Shown in pieces: positions 51,201 to 61,158 of a stretch of 64,000 nt of DNA; position 1 is the first letter of the stretch; the number at the start of each line of letters is the position of its first letter. Below the pieces are notes generated by a model. It did no database searches. It saw only the letters and a program-made list of their open reading frames with translations, and was not told the origin of the DNA. The position numbers and the translations under genes were made by a program. Source of the DNA: Candidatus Neptunichlamydia sp. (lineage in GTDB: Bacteria > Chlamydiota > Chlamydiia > Chlamydiales > Simkaniaceae); NCBI GenBank assembly GCA_965233865.1, contig OZ247587.1:1376001-1440000 (forward strand), given 5' to 3'.

Positions 51201-51660
51201 TAGCACCTTTAATAATGGCGAACTTATGTACTCAAAAACGCATGCTGCTTTTTCAAGACAGCTCGCTATTATGGTAAAACACATCGAAAAATTAGTTGCT
51301 AAAGATGTCCAGATTCATGTCATCGACGTGAAACAAGAAACAGGAATCGAATTCTACCCCAATCAACACTCCTTTCCAGCTCTTTACGCTGACCGTGCAT
51401 ATACTATTTATGGAACCATTGACGATCTCAAAGATTTCGACCTGATCCTTCAAGGGCGCTGTGGAGATAAATGGGTGAATATTAAGCAACACATTTCATT
51501 TAAACACGCTGAGAAAGCCTCTAATACGATCAAACGTAGCTTTGCTCTTCAGAGGGCTTACGTCTGTTACGATTACTATCTCAAAAAGAATGATCCTTTC
51601 TTTCTAGCAGAAGCTGAGCGCATCTTAAACCCTCATGCAATTCCCACAGCAACCCAATGA
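48217..51660 (+). CDS. Membrane-anchored protein with long Pro/Ser/Glu/Lys-rich linker and C-terminal vWA domain
   Basis: TM LFFLSLVASLTLHAGGVYFLL; MIDAS FVIDGSSSI at 50761; GDSFNI; VMITDG. Confidence 0.8.
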   Translation: MGKYSSSSAQSKSLFFLSLVASLTLHAGGVYFLLRHPPSFLTARELPTAEHLMKKEGIIDHAAHEAFQNLVIREDQDSQLPSPRSAPSLESGKIPFIVTELDISLTYPEKKQEKLNLDITAYAPQLFENPWITSKSSPFRDTKEVTFNYVIAKNSSEELALTPYIEGKKTDENLSPPFTEEKEEKRNFLSENLSLNHQEEKYPSTVPFAFDHPKESSKLIDRNILLKKHSTDVPLSLKHPKTQLQSSQRKQERNTELARIPPRVEENQKFIFDTESYSYYFDYKSETPIYPFLLKEAIEEKFIASSLAHKKWTGVGDPSFTIHTFSSLSWADVSQLNEKRAEIVWTPSQEGFNGEWSFQITPPTVDISASSMIPEFKELQMSVATEERRIYCAPKTPLSNQKLAQQKFTPKPYLDIWKTEEERLEVVYVPEKEGVYPDPTRYSLPNGPTITVELGNTVFCFTLTPSFDLFISEDGITPPKKMQKFVASNLEVEHHYFPSEPFESLASARPSPQLESSTAPTFKEDSFTLQSPYELSPSTFYFPKEELKEELPIVAGKMIFPEGKTSPSRMNFELQAHLSTHLLPEDRRDTQQPSIEHVVPSLSEKSIALDSNKYPPSSPLDLKIDQPLALQLQEKKSAFEKQIEKELTSINLKSLSLPNIKDKRVTPHLSSKQIAPRKHPTTPQKAFEDLPVQSTIADLASRDIKYPNRKKLIENDYAPSKIPSDVSITSASIEKPDIDMIHSQAKEILEDYNQENGVPSDGIALAEPEIQGSVSETEVRSLNQSNRFTQNFLTEIPHPSYLETVTYREEFDTQVHYSRREDGKGYLFAIKMKAKPSLHFPSPHQNFIFVIDGSSSIKKHRFGVFKEGVSRSLGYLKEGDSFNILVADAELIPFSKTSVAWNHQSREQANHFLYDRTYRGFFINYDSFDLLSSVTKYLDPEKENVIVMITDGHSFQNFKAHKEDFQKLAQASKGRFSVHTATASSDNNLTMLDLLSTFNNGELMYSKTHAAFSRQLAIMVKHIEKLVAKDVQIHVIDVKQETGIEFYPNQHSFPALYADRAYTIYGTIDDLKDFDLILQGRCGDKWVNIKQHISFKHAEKASNTIKRSFALQRAYVCYDYYLKKNDPFFLAEAERILNPHAIPTATQ

Positions 51661-52202
51661 GAATCACCGGCGGCTTTTTAAAAAACCAGTCTCTAAAAAC
51701 CCCTAAGGGGAGTGCAACGCGTCCCACTTCCGAGAAACTTCGACAATCTGTTTTTAATATTTGCCAGCACCATATCGAAAAGGCTCAATTTCTCGACCTT
51801 TTTGCAGGATCAGGAGCCATTGGAATTGAGGCTTTGAGTCGGGGAGCCACGGAGGCAACCTTCATAGAGAAAAACCCTTTGGCCATAAAAACTCTTCGCG
51901 AAAACTTAAATGATCTTGATCTTTCTCCATTCTCCACCCTCTACGCAGGAGATGTATTTACTCTTATCCATAAGTTGAAAGGGAAGTCATTTGACCTGAT
52001 TTACATCGATCCCCCTTACGAAAAAAAACTCGCAGAAAAAGCTCTAGCCTTAGTCGATTCTCTTCATCTCCTACATGTAGGGGGCCTCCTCCTCCTTGAA
52101 GAGAGTGGAAATAAAGAGCTTGTCTTTCCTGAGCTAACTCACTTGAAAGTAAAAAAGAAAAGGAAGATGGGAAGCACCTTCCTTTACGAAATTATTAGAT
52201 AG
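51657..52202 (+). CDS. rsmD: 16S rRNA m2G966 methyltransferase
   Basis: MRITGG, TRPTSEKLR, LDLFAGSGAIGIEALSRGA, DPPY. Confidence 0.96.
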   Translation: MRITGGFLKNQSLKTPKGSATRPTSEKLRQSVFNICQHHIEKAQFLDLFAGSGAIGIEALSRGATEATFIEKNPLAIKTLRENLNDLDLSPFSTLYAGDVFTLIHKLKGKSFDLIYIDPPYEKKLAEKALALVDSLHLLHVGGLLLLEESGNKELVFPELTHLKVKKKRKMGSTFLYEIIR

Positions 52203-52207
52203 TGTTG

Positions 52208-54820
52208 TTAAGAAGCTTTAATCCCATTTTTATAGCGGGTTTCAACCCCATTCCCCTCTGCATCAAAATTTTTCTTAACCCCATCTAGCTTTCCCTCAAC
52301 AAAATATTGTTCGAGGCGAGGCTTCCCGTTGTCGTAATACTTCATGAATTTTCCATGCTGCTTTCCATCTTTGTATTCAGCTTCAAAAATGAGCACACTA
52401 GATTCATTCCAATGCTGAGCTTTCCCTTCAAGCTGCCCCCCCAAATAGCCATAGATACTATTTAAACGCCCATCTGTGAAATAGGTTTTTTCACTTCCTA
52501 CTTTTTGGTCCTTTTGAAATTCTACTTCTTTGTAAACTTGACCTGTTGGGTAGTACTGATAAGAAGCTCCTTCTCTAAGGTCATTTTTAAATGTGAGACG
52601 GATTGCAGTCTTTCCATTACGATGAAATAATTCAGCATTCCCATCCTTTACCCCAGATTTATAGGTCGTCACGCTAATTTTTGCTCCACTTGGATCATAT
52701 TCTACCGCTTCTCCCTGTAGTTTATTGTCTTTATAAAACGCTTCAATTGCTTTGGCTTTCTCACCATCAGTCACATCAAGAGGATAATAGACAAAGTGCG
52801 GCCCTTCTCGTCGATTGTTTTTGTAATTGTAAACAATCTCTCGTCCTTCTTGATCTTTTTCGAAGTGGCGCCCTTCTATCTTTCCTTTGACATACTTAGA
52901 CTCCTCAAGAAGACGGCCTTCTTCATCCCAGAGCCCTTTTAAGCCATGCAGCTGCCCAGATTCGTAGGCAATCTGTGTCTTAATCGTCCCACTAGGATAA
53001 AATGTCTTCTGCTCGCCATGTAGCTCCCCTTTATCATCATAGAAATAAAGATTTGCTACAGCAGCGGAGCTCTTCTCTGATGGAGGGAAAAATTCTTTCT
53101 GTTTCCCTACTGAAACATTGCCCTTAAAGCTTCGGATAAATGCTTCCGATCCATCCTCGTAATACCCAAGAGATTCGCCATCAAGTAGATCTCCTTTAAA
53201 GGTTTCAGTCAATTTAAGCTGTCCTGTTAAATAGTACTGCTCGTGCTTGCCCTCTTTTTTTCCATCAAGAAAGTGAAAGTTTTCCATTTTCTGCCCTGAA
53301 TCGTAATAAGCAACATGATTCCCTATCGAACGATCTAGATCAAAGGCTCCTTCAAAAAGAAGATGCCCTTTCTCATTCCAGCTTCTGAAAGTCCCATCTT
53401 TTTTTCCCATTTTATAGCGCGCTTCTAGTTTTGCCGTTCCATCTTCATACCACTCTCTTTGATCACCATCAAAAAGAGCATTTTTGAAGTTTTTACACAT
53501 GCTCATTTGCCCGTTAGCATACCAGTCAATGAATTCGCCATCTTTATTCCCTTCCTTAAAATTTCCTTCGAAAGCAAGTTTGCCATCTTCATGCCACTCT
53601 TGGAATAGCCCCTCTTTGAGCTTATTTTTATAATAACCATGCAGTTTAAGTTCTCCTGAAGAAAAATATTGCTTTTGCTCCCCATCAAATTCACCATCAA
53701 GATAGAAACAGTCCGCCTTTAATTTCCCATCTGAATACCAAGCCTGAAGGCTTCCTTCATACTGCCCATTTTGATTTACCGAGTATTCGGCAATTTTCTG
53801 ACCATCTTCATCAAATTCCCGTACAGGTTCTTTTAACTGCCCTTTTTTATCATAAGTGGCGAGATAAGCTATTGTTCCATTCTCATGTTTCCTCCAGTGC
53901 TTACCCACTTTTTTTCCTTGAACGTATTCACTTTCTCCAACAATTTTTCCATCATTGTTAAACCATTGCTCCATCTCGTCGATCTGTCCATTGACATATC
54001 GAGCATGGTAGCTTTGGCGCTCATTCGGATGATACTTAATGTGGTCACCGTGCGGATTTCCCTGAAAAAAATCTTGCAGTTCAACGATCGTATGATTTTC
54101 ATCATAACGAATTACAGCAGACTGACTTCCCTCTGAATGAAGTTTCCCGTGCGTAAAACGGTTTTCAACCTTTTCACTTCCATTTTCATACCATTCAATG
54201 AGTTTTCCATGGATTTCCCCCTTGGTATAAGGGACTAAAACTTCCCTTTTCCCAGACGCAAAAAAGCGCGCATAGTCACCCTCAAGCTTTCCATTTTTGT
54301 ATGTACCTTCAGCAAGGGTTTGGCCATTTTCATGATAAGAATAGATCTTTCCCTCGGGATTTCCTTGCTTAAATGTCGTTATGTGGTTGAGTTGTCCCTT
54401 TGGATAAAAAACCTTCATCGGCCCTTGCAACAGTCCGCGATCAAAGTAAGCAAGTCTCTCAACCTCTCCGCTTGCTCTAAATCGAATACTTACTCCATGG
54501 GGAACAGCAGTTGACTTCCAAGCTTCAAACCCTGGTGATTTCTCATCAACAACCGTCAGATCAGTCTCTTCCATTTTATGCCCACCCTCATAAAAGTGTA
54601 CCCGCTTTACAGCTTCCTCTTCCCCTTGGTCATTCTCTGAATAAAAAAGAGCAAGCTTTGGAGCTCCATTAGGAAACTGCTCAAAAACTTTCGGGCGCCA
54701 CTCAGGCATCCGCACCTTTAGATCCGTTGCCACGGGAGCAACTGAAGTATCAATTATTTCCTGTCCAAAGACGAACGTAGGCAATAGAGCCAGGCTGAAT
54801 AGAAGTGCTTTAAATTTCAT
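52208..54820 (-). CDS. Exported MORN-variant repeat protein (YwqK-like); start reassigned to MKFKAL
   Basis: Signal peptide; many ~24-aa repeats of type YxxGxxxxExxYKNGKxxG. Confidence 0.88.
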   Translation of the reverse strand: MKFKALLFSLALLPTFVFGQEIIDTSVAPVATDLKVRMPEWRPKVFEQFPNGAPKLALFYSENDQGEEEAVKRVHFYEGGHKMEETDLTVVDEKSPGFEAWKSTAVPHGVSIRFRASGEVERLAYFDRGLLQGPMKVFYPKGQLNHITTFKQGNPEGKIYSYHENGQTLAEGTYKNGKLEGDYARFFASGKREVLVPYTKGEIHGKLIEWYENGSEKVENRFTHGKLHSEGSQSAVIRYDENHTIVELQDFFQGNPHGDHIKYHPNERQSYHARYVNGQIDEMEQWFNNDGKIVGESEYVQGKKVGKHWRKHENGTIAYLATYDKKGQLKEPVREFDEDGQKIAEYSVNQNGQYEGSLQAWYSDGKLKADCFYLDGEFDGEQKQYFSSGELKLHGYYKNKLKEGLFQEWHEDGKLAFEGNFKEGNKDGEFIDWYANGQMSMCKNFKNALFDGDQREWYEDGTAKLEARYKMGKKDGTFRSWNEKGHLLFEGAFDLDRSIGNHVAYYDSGQKMENFHFLDGKKEGKHEQYYLTGQLKLTETFKGDLLDGESLGYYEDGSEAFIRSFKGNVSVGKQKEFFPPSEKSSAAVANLYFYDDKGELHGEQKTFYPSGTIKTQIAYESGQLHGLKGLWDEEGRLLEESKYVKGKIEGRHFEKDQEGREIVYNYKNNRREGPHFVYYPLDVTDGEKAKAIEAFYKDNKLQGEAVEYDPSGAKISVTTYKSGVKDGNAELFHRNGKTAIRLTFKNDLREGASYQYYPTGQVYKEVEFQKDQKVGSEKTYFTDGRLNSIYGYLGGQLEGKAQHWNESSVLIFEAEYKDGKQHGKFMKYYDNGKPRLEQYFVEGKLDGVKKNFDAEGNGVETRYKNGIKAS

Positions 54821-55099
54821 TGTCATCACCAAAAATATCTTTCCCTTCATCATACTGCTTAGATCTTTTTTTCTCTACCAAAGAAGAGAGTTTGCCTCAA
54901 CACAACCCTAGCAATCTTCCTTAAATTCTCCATAGAGAAAACTCTCGTTTTTGCTAATTTTTCTACCTATTAATTTTTTTATTTAACTTTCAGCAACTCT
55001 AGCCATCTCTCCTCCAAGTACACCTTCCTTCAGGAGAAATTTAAATGAAATCCTGGAGAAAGTGTTTCACATCTTGTCAATCATGATAGAACTTGAGTA

Positions 55100-55984
55100 T
55101 AGCTAAGTTGATATAATTTAGTTATAAGCAATATTCCTTAAAAAGTTCATCAATTCCACATTGATATTTTCTTCGTTTAGATTTTGCTTGTGCCCATTTA
55201 CGCTCAAATAGGATTTAAATCTGGGGAATATGGGGGAAGATATTTCAAGATGTGGCCTGCAGCTTCGACCTTTTCTTGCATAGATTTGCTTTTATGAAAC
55301 GATGAATTATCCATAACCAAAACGCTTTCAGAAGGAAGTTTCGGCATCAAGTTTTGCTCTGCCCAACTGCTAAAGGCATCTGTATTAATATTACAATCAA
55401 ACAGTGCAAGAGTAAGAAGGTTTGTTCCAAGTAACGCCCCTATTGCATTTGTCCTCCCTTTTGCTCCCCAGTCATGGGTGCCGAAGCACCTCTCTCCTAT
55501 TTTTGAGTAACCATGCGTTCGGGGCATATCATGGGCAAACCCACTTTCATCGATGTATGCAATCGGTTTTCCCAAGCATTCATACCTTGAAATCTTTTCT
55601 CTGAAGAGAGATCTCTTCTTTTTGCAAGCCTTGGGATGGTTAAGTGTTTTTTTTATAGCTAATTCTTAGCCGCTTCATGGCACAACGAACACCTGAAGGG
55701 CTTACATTGAGACGATATGCTCGTTCATAGTTGAAGGCATCAGGGTATTTTTTGATATCCTCCATCAAGCGATCTCTTTCAATCTTTATTGCAGGTCTAT
55801 TTTTAGTGCGCTTTGCCTCTAGCCTCTTAGACCAAAGAAATATGCTATTTACACTTACACCAAAACGTTTTGCTGTCTTGGCAAAACTTAAATTTTCTGT
55901 GCTTCGGATCAACAGTACCTTTTTTCTAAAATCTAATGAATACGTCATTCAAAAAAGTATAACTAAAACGAAATATTTTAGCTA
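55100..55984 (-). mobile_element. IS630-family element copy 3 (885 bp), +1 insertion near the third catalytic residue
   Basis: TA-flanked, near-identical to copy 1; cgctcaaatagg vs cgctcaatagg truncates at LNPI*. Confidence 0.95.
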
Positions 55985-55986
55985 TA

Positions 55987-56292
55987 TCTCTATAGGTCTA
56001 TGCGTGCTCTGTATGACTTTTTTGTTTTTCCCATTCCGGTTGTTACCGGTATTATTACCCTTGATGGCGTGTTTTTCATATCCTAAGTGCCCTTCCATCT
56101 CTTTCTCGAGCATCTTCTCAACCATTCCACCAATGAGCTTTTGGATTAGCCCATTTTGACCGGTTAGGTCTTCCATGGTTGCGCACTTATCTAATTCTTC
56201 TTCGAGATCATAATTCATGATTTATCCTTGTGTAAAATCAACGTTATTTTTCCTTAACATTTTTTCATTTACACAGTTATTCTTATAGTCTC
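55987..56292 (-). mobile_element. IS256-family left end and transposase 5' fragment, cut by IS630
   Basis: GLIQKLIGGMVEKMLEKEMEGHLGYEK..NNRNG..PIEI; terminal GAGACTATAAGAATAACTGTGTAAA on minus strand. Confidence 0.85.
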
Positions 56293-56438
56293 AAAAAAGA
56301 TTGCTTAATCTTTTTTTAGAGATAAGATCGTGCTGCACTTTCGGTTCGTCAGATTATTCACGGCAGTAAAGTCCATACTCTTGGTACTCTGTTTTCTAGC
56401 GATTATTTGGCATGAGCCTTTGAGGCATGTTGATTATG

Positions 56439-56475
56439 GATTTTGCCCCTTTCACAAAGGGGCAGAAATCTTTTT
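56439..56475 (+). terminator. Intrinsic terminator hairpin with T-tract on + strand, convergent with rho
   Basis: gattt-tgccccttt-cac-aaaggggca-gaaatc-ttttt. Confidence 0.7.
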
Positions 56476-56523
56476 GAAAATGAAAATAGTGATCATTTTA
56501 TATGTGTTTAGCTATATATGGAC

Positions 56524-57876
56524 TTAATTCTTCATTGAAAGTAAGAATTCTGCGTTTGAATTTGTTTTTTTCAACCGGCTAAGTAGCATATTCATCGCAT
56601 CAAGAGGGGTTAAGTCAGCAAGTGCTCGGCGGAGAAGGTAGATCTTTTCAAGTTCATCGGGGTGATAAAGGAGATCTTCTTTTCGTGTTCCTGAGCGAAC
56701 CACATCAATTGCAGGATAGATTCTTCGATCAGCAAGGCGTCTATCGAGGACAAGCTCCATATTACCTGTGCCCTTAAACTCTTCAAAAATCACCTCGTCC
56801 ATTCGAGACCCTGTATCGACAAGAGCGGTAGCGATGATCGTTAGTGAGCCTCCATGCTCGATGTTTCGCGCTGCGCCAAAGAACCGTTTGGGTTTGTGGA
56901 GTGATTGTGCATCGACACCTCCCGTCAGGATCTTTCCAGAGTGAGGTTGCACAGTATTATAGGCACGGGCAAGACGTGTAATCGAGTCAAGAAGGATGAC
57001 AACGTTTTGACCATTTTCAACGAGAGAGCGGGCTTTTTCAATGACCATCTCTGCAACTTGGACATGGCGCTCTGGGGGTTCATCAAAGGTTGAAGAGACA
57101 ACTTCTCCCTTAACCATCCGTTGCATGTCGGTCACTTCCTCAGGACGTTCATCGATAAGGAGAACAATAAGTGTTGCATCAGGATGATTGATTGCAATCG
57201 AATTGGCAATGTTTTGCATCAGGATTGTTTTTCCTGACTTTGGGGGAGCTACAATGAGGCCTCTTTGTCCCTTTCCAATTGGAGAGCTAAGATCAAGCAC
57301 GCGCATTGCGAGTCGATCTTTCCCATTTTCCATGACATAGCGTTCTGTCGGAAAGAGAGGAGTCAAGTTGTTGAAGAGGATCCGTTCTTTAGATTTTTCG
57401 GGGGTTTTCCCGTTAATTTTGTCCACTTTTTGAAGAGCAAAATACTTTTCTTTTTCTTTTGGAGCGCGGAGAGTTCCATAGATTGTATCTCCTTTTTTGA
57501 GATCGAAGCGGCGAATTTGAGCGGGAGAGACGTAAATATCTTCGGCAGAAGGAAGGTAGTTGTAGTTAGGAGAGCGAAGAAATCCAAACCCATCAGGAAG
57601 GACTTCTAATACTCCTTCACCGACAAGAACTTCGTCAGGCATCGCAGATTTCAATTTGACAACTTCGAATACCATTTGTGATTTGGTTAAAGATCCAATA
57701 TTTTCAAGACCAATATTTTTCGCATAAATCGCTAGCTGGTCAATACCCATCTGCTGAAGATCAGCAATCTTGGTGATAGTGGGATCTTTAGAGGGCTTTT
57801 GGCCTGGATGTTTTTTAGGAGAGTGGGTGGGTTTTTCTTTTTTGATCGCTTGGTTTTGGTCTGTATCTTCGCTCAT
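56524..57876 (-). CDS. rho: Transcription termination factor Rho
   Basis: [54 protein letters not shown]. Confidence 0.99.
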   Translation of the reverse strand: MSEDTDQNQAIKKEKPTHSPKKHPGQKPSKDPTITKIADLQQMGIDQLAIYAKNIGLENIGSLTKSQMVFEVVKLKSAMPDEVLVGEGVLEVLPDGFGFLRSPNYNYLPSAEDIYVSPAQIRRFDLKKGDTIYGTLRAPKEKEKYFALQKVDKINGKTPEKSKERILFNNLTPLFPTERYVMENGKDRLAMRVLDLSSPIGKGQRGLIVAPPKSGKTILMQNIANSIAINHPDATLIVLLIDERPEEVTDMQRMVKGEVVSSTFDEPPERHVQVAEMVIEKARSLVENGQNVVILLDSITRLARAYNTVQPHSGKILTGGVDAQSLHKPKRFFGAARNIEHGGSLTIIATALVDTGSRMDEVIFEEFKGTGNMELVLDRRLADRRIYPAIDVVRSGTRKEDLLYHPDELEKIYLLRRALADLTPLDAMNMLLSRLKKTNSNAEFLLSMKN

Positions 57877-58484
57877 TGAGAGTCTATCTCCTTAATCATT
57901 TCAAGTGCTTTTTGTTTTAAGTCTTCGACCGTGCCAAGGTTTTCAATGACATAGTCTGCATGTTTAGCTTTCTTTTCTGGATTCCATTGACGAGCATTCC
58001 TTTTGAGGAAACTATTCTTTGTAAACCCTGCTTGGATAAAGCGTTTAATCGCTTTATCGCTATTGCTGACAACAGCAACAATGAGATCAAAATTTTTATC
58101 TTTGCCGATTTCCTGAATGAGGGGAAGTTCGACGACAAAATATTTATCTTTTCCTTCTGCTTCCACTTTTTTGAATTCTTCATCGATACGTCTGAGAAGA
58201 AGAGGGTGAAGGAGAGATTCCAGAGCTTTTAATTTATCCTCATCGCTAAAAACGATGTCTGCTACTTTCTTCCGGTCAATCTTCTTATCTGTTATCACTT
58301 TTGATCCGAAGAGAGAGATCACTTGCTCAATACATGAAGGATCATTTGCCAGAAGTTGATGAATGATTGTATCAGAACTAAGTGTAGATGCTCCATGATC
58401 TTTTAGAATACGGCAAACTGTGGATTTTCCCGTTGCGACATTGCCTGTTATCGCAATTTTTTTCAAGTTTAACACATCCCCCAA
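57873..58484 (-). CDS. coaE: Dephospho-CoA kinase
   Basis: [38 protein letters not shown]. Confidence 0.95.
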   Translation of the reverse strand: MGDVLNLKKIAITGNVATGKSTVCRILKDHGASTLSSDTIIHQLLANDPSCIEQVISLFGSKVITDKKIDRKKVADIVFSDEDKLKALESLLHPLLLRRIDEEFKKVEAEGKDKYFVVELPLIQEIGKDKNFDLIVAVVSNSDKAIKRFIQAGFTKNSFLKRNARQWNPEKKAKHADYVIENLGTVEDLKQKALEMIKEIDSQ

Positions 58485-61114
58485 TTTTTTCCAACGTCAA
58501 TATTGACAATCAAAGGAACTGATAAAGAGGTGATATTTTCCATGATGGACTGGACGATTTCAGAGACGCGAGGAATATTTTCATCAGGAAGTTCAAAAAT
58601 TAATTCATCATGAACTTGGAGGACCATGTAAGCAAGCCTTTCCTTCTTAAGGGTTTCATGAACTTTAATCATTGCTTTTTTGATAATATCAGCCTGGCTT
58701 CCTTGAAGGGGAGTATTCACTGCCAAACGCTCTGCTGCTGTTCGAATCATTCCGTTTGTGCTATAGATTTCTGGGATGGGGCGTTTTCGTCCATACATTG
58801 TTGTTGCAAGGCCTGTCTCCCGCACTTTTTTTTTTGAACTTTCAATAAAGTCCCTGACCCCTGGGTACCGCTCAAAGTATTTCTTAATAAAGATGGAAGC
58901 TTCTTTAATATCGATTCTAAGTTCTTGTGAAAGACCGTAGGCTTGCTGGCCATAAATGATTCCAAAGTTAACAGCTTTAGCTCCGGCTCGCATCTGCTTT
59001 GTGACCTCCTCAATAGGTACATCAAAAACAGTAGCGGCTGTCGATGCATGGATGTCTTCATCATGATTAAAGGCCGCGATGAGTTTAGGGTCGTTGCTGA
59101 AGTGAGCTAAGAGTCGAAGTTCGATTTGAGAGTAGTCAGCAGAAAGATAAGACCATCCCTCCATTTCCGGCATAAATGCTTCTCGAATTTTCCGACCTTC
59201 TTCGGAGCGAATAGGGATATTTTGAAGATTGGGATCTTGGCAAGATAGTCGTCCTGTTGCGGTCATTGTTTGCATGAAAGTGCAATGAATCCGGCTCGTA
59301 TCTTCGTGAACTTGGAGAGGAAGAGCTTCTGTATAGGTTGAACGAAGTTTTTCAAGGCTTCGATACTCTAAAATTTTCCCTGCAATTGGGTACTCTGCTT
59401 TTAGAGAGTCTAAGACATCTGCACGAGTGCTTTTCTTTTTAGATCCCATAGGAATTGCCAGTTTGTCAAATAGAATCTCTGCTAGTTGTTTCGGAGACTT
59501 AATGTTAAATGTTTCTCCTGATAGACCGTAAATCTCTTTTTCTAAATAGGCAAGTTCAACGCGCAGTAGCTCTGACATATCTTGAAGTTTTTCGGTGTCG
59601 ATAAACATCCCATACCGCTCCATTGAGACAAGGACTGGAATGAGAGGGAGTTCGATTTCTAGGAGCATATTTGACAGTCCCTTCTCTTCAAGCTCCTTTT
59701 CAAAAAGAGCCTTTAGGCGGCAAGTGTAGTCCACATCTTCGCAGCAATAAGGAGCAATGTTTTCAATCGGAACATCTCGCATTGACTTTTCATTTTTTCC
59801 ACTTCCAATTAAGTCTTTAATGGGAGTTTTTCTCTTTCCAAATTTTTCAAGGGATAACAGGTCGAGACCATGCCGGTTTTTTTGAGGTGCACATAGATAA
59901 GAAGCAATCATGGTATCAAAACCAATCGTCTTCAAAGTAATTCCATGGTTTTTAAAAATGTGGAAGTCATATTTGATGTTGTGCCCATAGAAGGCAATAT
60001 CGGGATTTTCAAGGAGTGGCTTAAGTTTTGACACAACCATATCGATTCCTAATTTCCCATTTGTCGGAACGTACCATGCCACGCAAGGAGCAGTGCAAAA
60101 CCCTACACCAACCATTCGTGCTGTCATCGGAGAAAGTTGATCGGTTTCGGTATCTATACAGATCAATTTTTCTAGCTCAAATTTTTTAATCAGAGCATCC
60201 AACTCCTCTTCAGTATCGACGATATGATAGGAAAGTTCTTCTTCAATCTGCGTTTCAGTAGGTTTTTCTAATTCTTGCAGAAGAGTATTAAAGTTCATTT
60301 CTCGATAAAGAGTCTCAAGGGCTTCGGCGTTTGGAGATTCGAGGCGATAAAAGTCTTCTTCCGGTGGATAGGGAACATCCACTATGAGTGTTGCGAGTTT
60401 TTGGCTAACCCGTGCATCAGACTCATAGGCTCTGATTTTTTCTGCTCGCTTTTGATTTACCATTCCATCGAGGCTATTAAGGAGATTTTCAAGCGTCCCA
60501 TATTCTTGAAGAAGAGAGGCTGCTGTTTTTGGACCAAACCCTGGAATTCCTGGAATGTTATCTGATTTGTCACCCATAATCGCTAAGTAATCGACGATTT
60601 GCTCTGGTTTCACCCCATGAATTTCCTCCACCATCTCTCGGTTGATTAAGAGGTTGCCTTTGCTCGTGTTAAGCATGAAAATTTTGTCGGTGATTAGTTG
60701 ACAAAGGTCTTTATCGCTTGAGCAAATAAAAACCTCAGTTCCCTGTTTTTCTGCCCATTTAGCGATGGCTCCTATGACGTCATCGGCTTCAACCCCCTCC
60801 TCAGATAGATAAGGAATCCCAGCCATTTTGCAGAACTGATGTGCCCAACCTAATTGAGGAACAAGATCTTCAGGCATCCCTTCCCTATGACTCTTATACT
60901 CCTCATATATGTCAATTCGTGATTGTTTGTTGTTGGGACCATCAAAAACAGCAACGAAGCCTTCAGGAGCAAATTCCTTGATAATTTTTTGGACTGAGCG
61001 GATAAATCCATAGAGGGCATTTGTAGACTCACCCTTTTTGTTTGTCATCCCTCGGATGGCAAAGTAAGAGCGAAATAGGAAAGAAACTGCATCTAGGATA
61101 TATATATTTTTCAT
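58469..61114 (-). CDS. polA: DNA polymerase I
   Basis: 5'-3' exo (EADDVI, SSDKD, GDKSDNIPG), 3'-5' exo DTE, SADYSQIELR, AKAVNFGIIYG, QVHDEL. Confidence 0.99.
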   Translation of the reverse strand: MKNIYILDAVSFLFRSYFAIRGMTNKKGESTNALYGFIRSVQKIIKEFAPEGFVAVFDGPNNKQSRIDIYEEYKSHREGMPEDLVPQLGWAHQFCKMAGIPYLSEEGVEADDVIGAIAKWAEKQGTEVFICSSDKDLCQLITDKIFMLNTSKGNLLINREMVEEIHGVKPEQIVDYLAIMGDKSDNIPGIPGFGPKTAASLLQEYGTLENLLNSLDGMVNQKRAEKIRAYESDARVSQKLATLIVDVPYPPEEDFYRLESPNAEALETLYREMNFNTLLQELEKPTETQIEEELSYHIVDTEEELDALIKKFELEKLICIDTETDQLSPMTARMVGVGFCTAPCVAWYVPTNGKLGIDMVVSKLKPLLENPDIAFYGHNIKYDFHIFKNHGITLKTIGFDTMIASYLCAPQKNRHGLDLLSLEKFGKRKTPIKDLIGSGKNEKSMRDVPIENIAPYCCEDVDYTCRLKALFEKELEEKGLSNMLLEIELPLIPVLVSMERYGMFIDTEKLQDMSELLRVELAYLEKEIYGLSGETFNIKSPKQLAEILFDKLAIPMGSKKKSTRADVLDSLKAEYPIAGKILEYRSLEKLRSTYTEALPLQVHEDTSRIHCTFMQTMTATGRLSCQDPNLQNIPIRSEEGRKIREAFMPEMEGWSYLSADYSQIELRLLAHFSNDPKLIAAFNHDEDIHASTAATVFDVPIEEVTKQMRAGAKAVNFGIIYGQQAYGLSQELRIDIKEASIFIKKYFERYPGVRDFIESSKKKVRETGLATTMYGRKRPIPEIYSTNGMIRTAAERLAVNTPLQGSQADIIKKAMIKVHETLKKERLAYMVLQVHDELIFELPDENIPRVSEIVQSIMENITSLSVPLIVNIDVGKNWGMC

Positions 61115-61158
61115 AAAACCATTCCCTGAACATCAACCCAATTCGTATATTTTAAAGG

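Noticed and set aside
54910..55097. Continuation of the IS256 transposase beyond IS630 copy 3
   Set aside because: No PRDR-type continuation recognised; sequence unassignable
56490..56516. Possible solo IS630 end (tttagctata) after rho
   Set aside because: Only about 10 bp match in AT-rich DNA
56330..56527. 65-aa hydrophobic ORF
   Set aside because: GTG start 1 nt after the -10 box, no RBS, and it runs through a terminator hairpin; not supportable as a CDS
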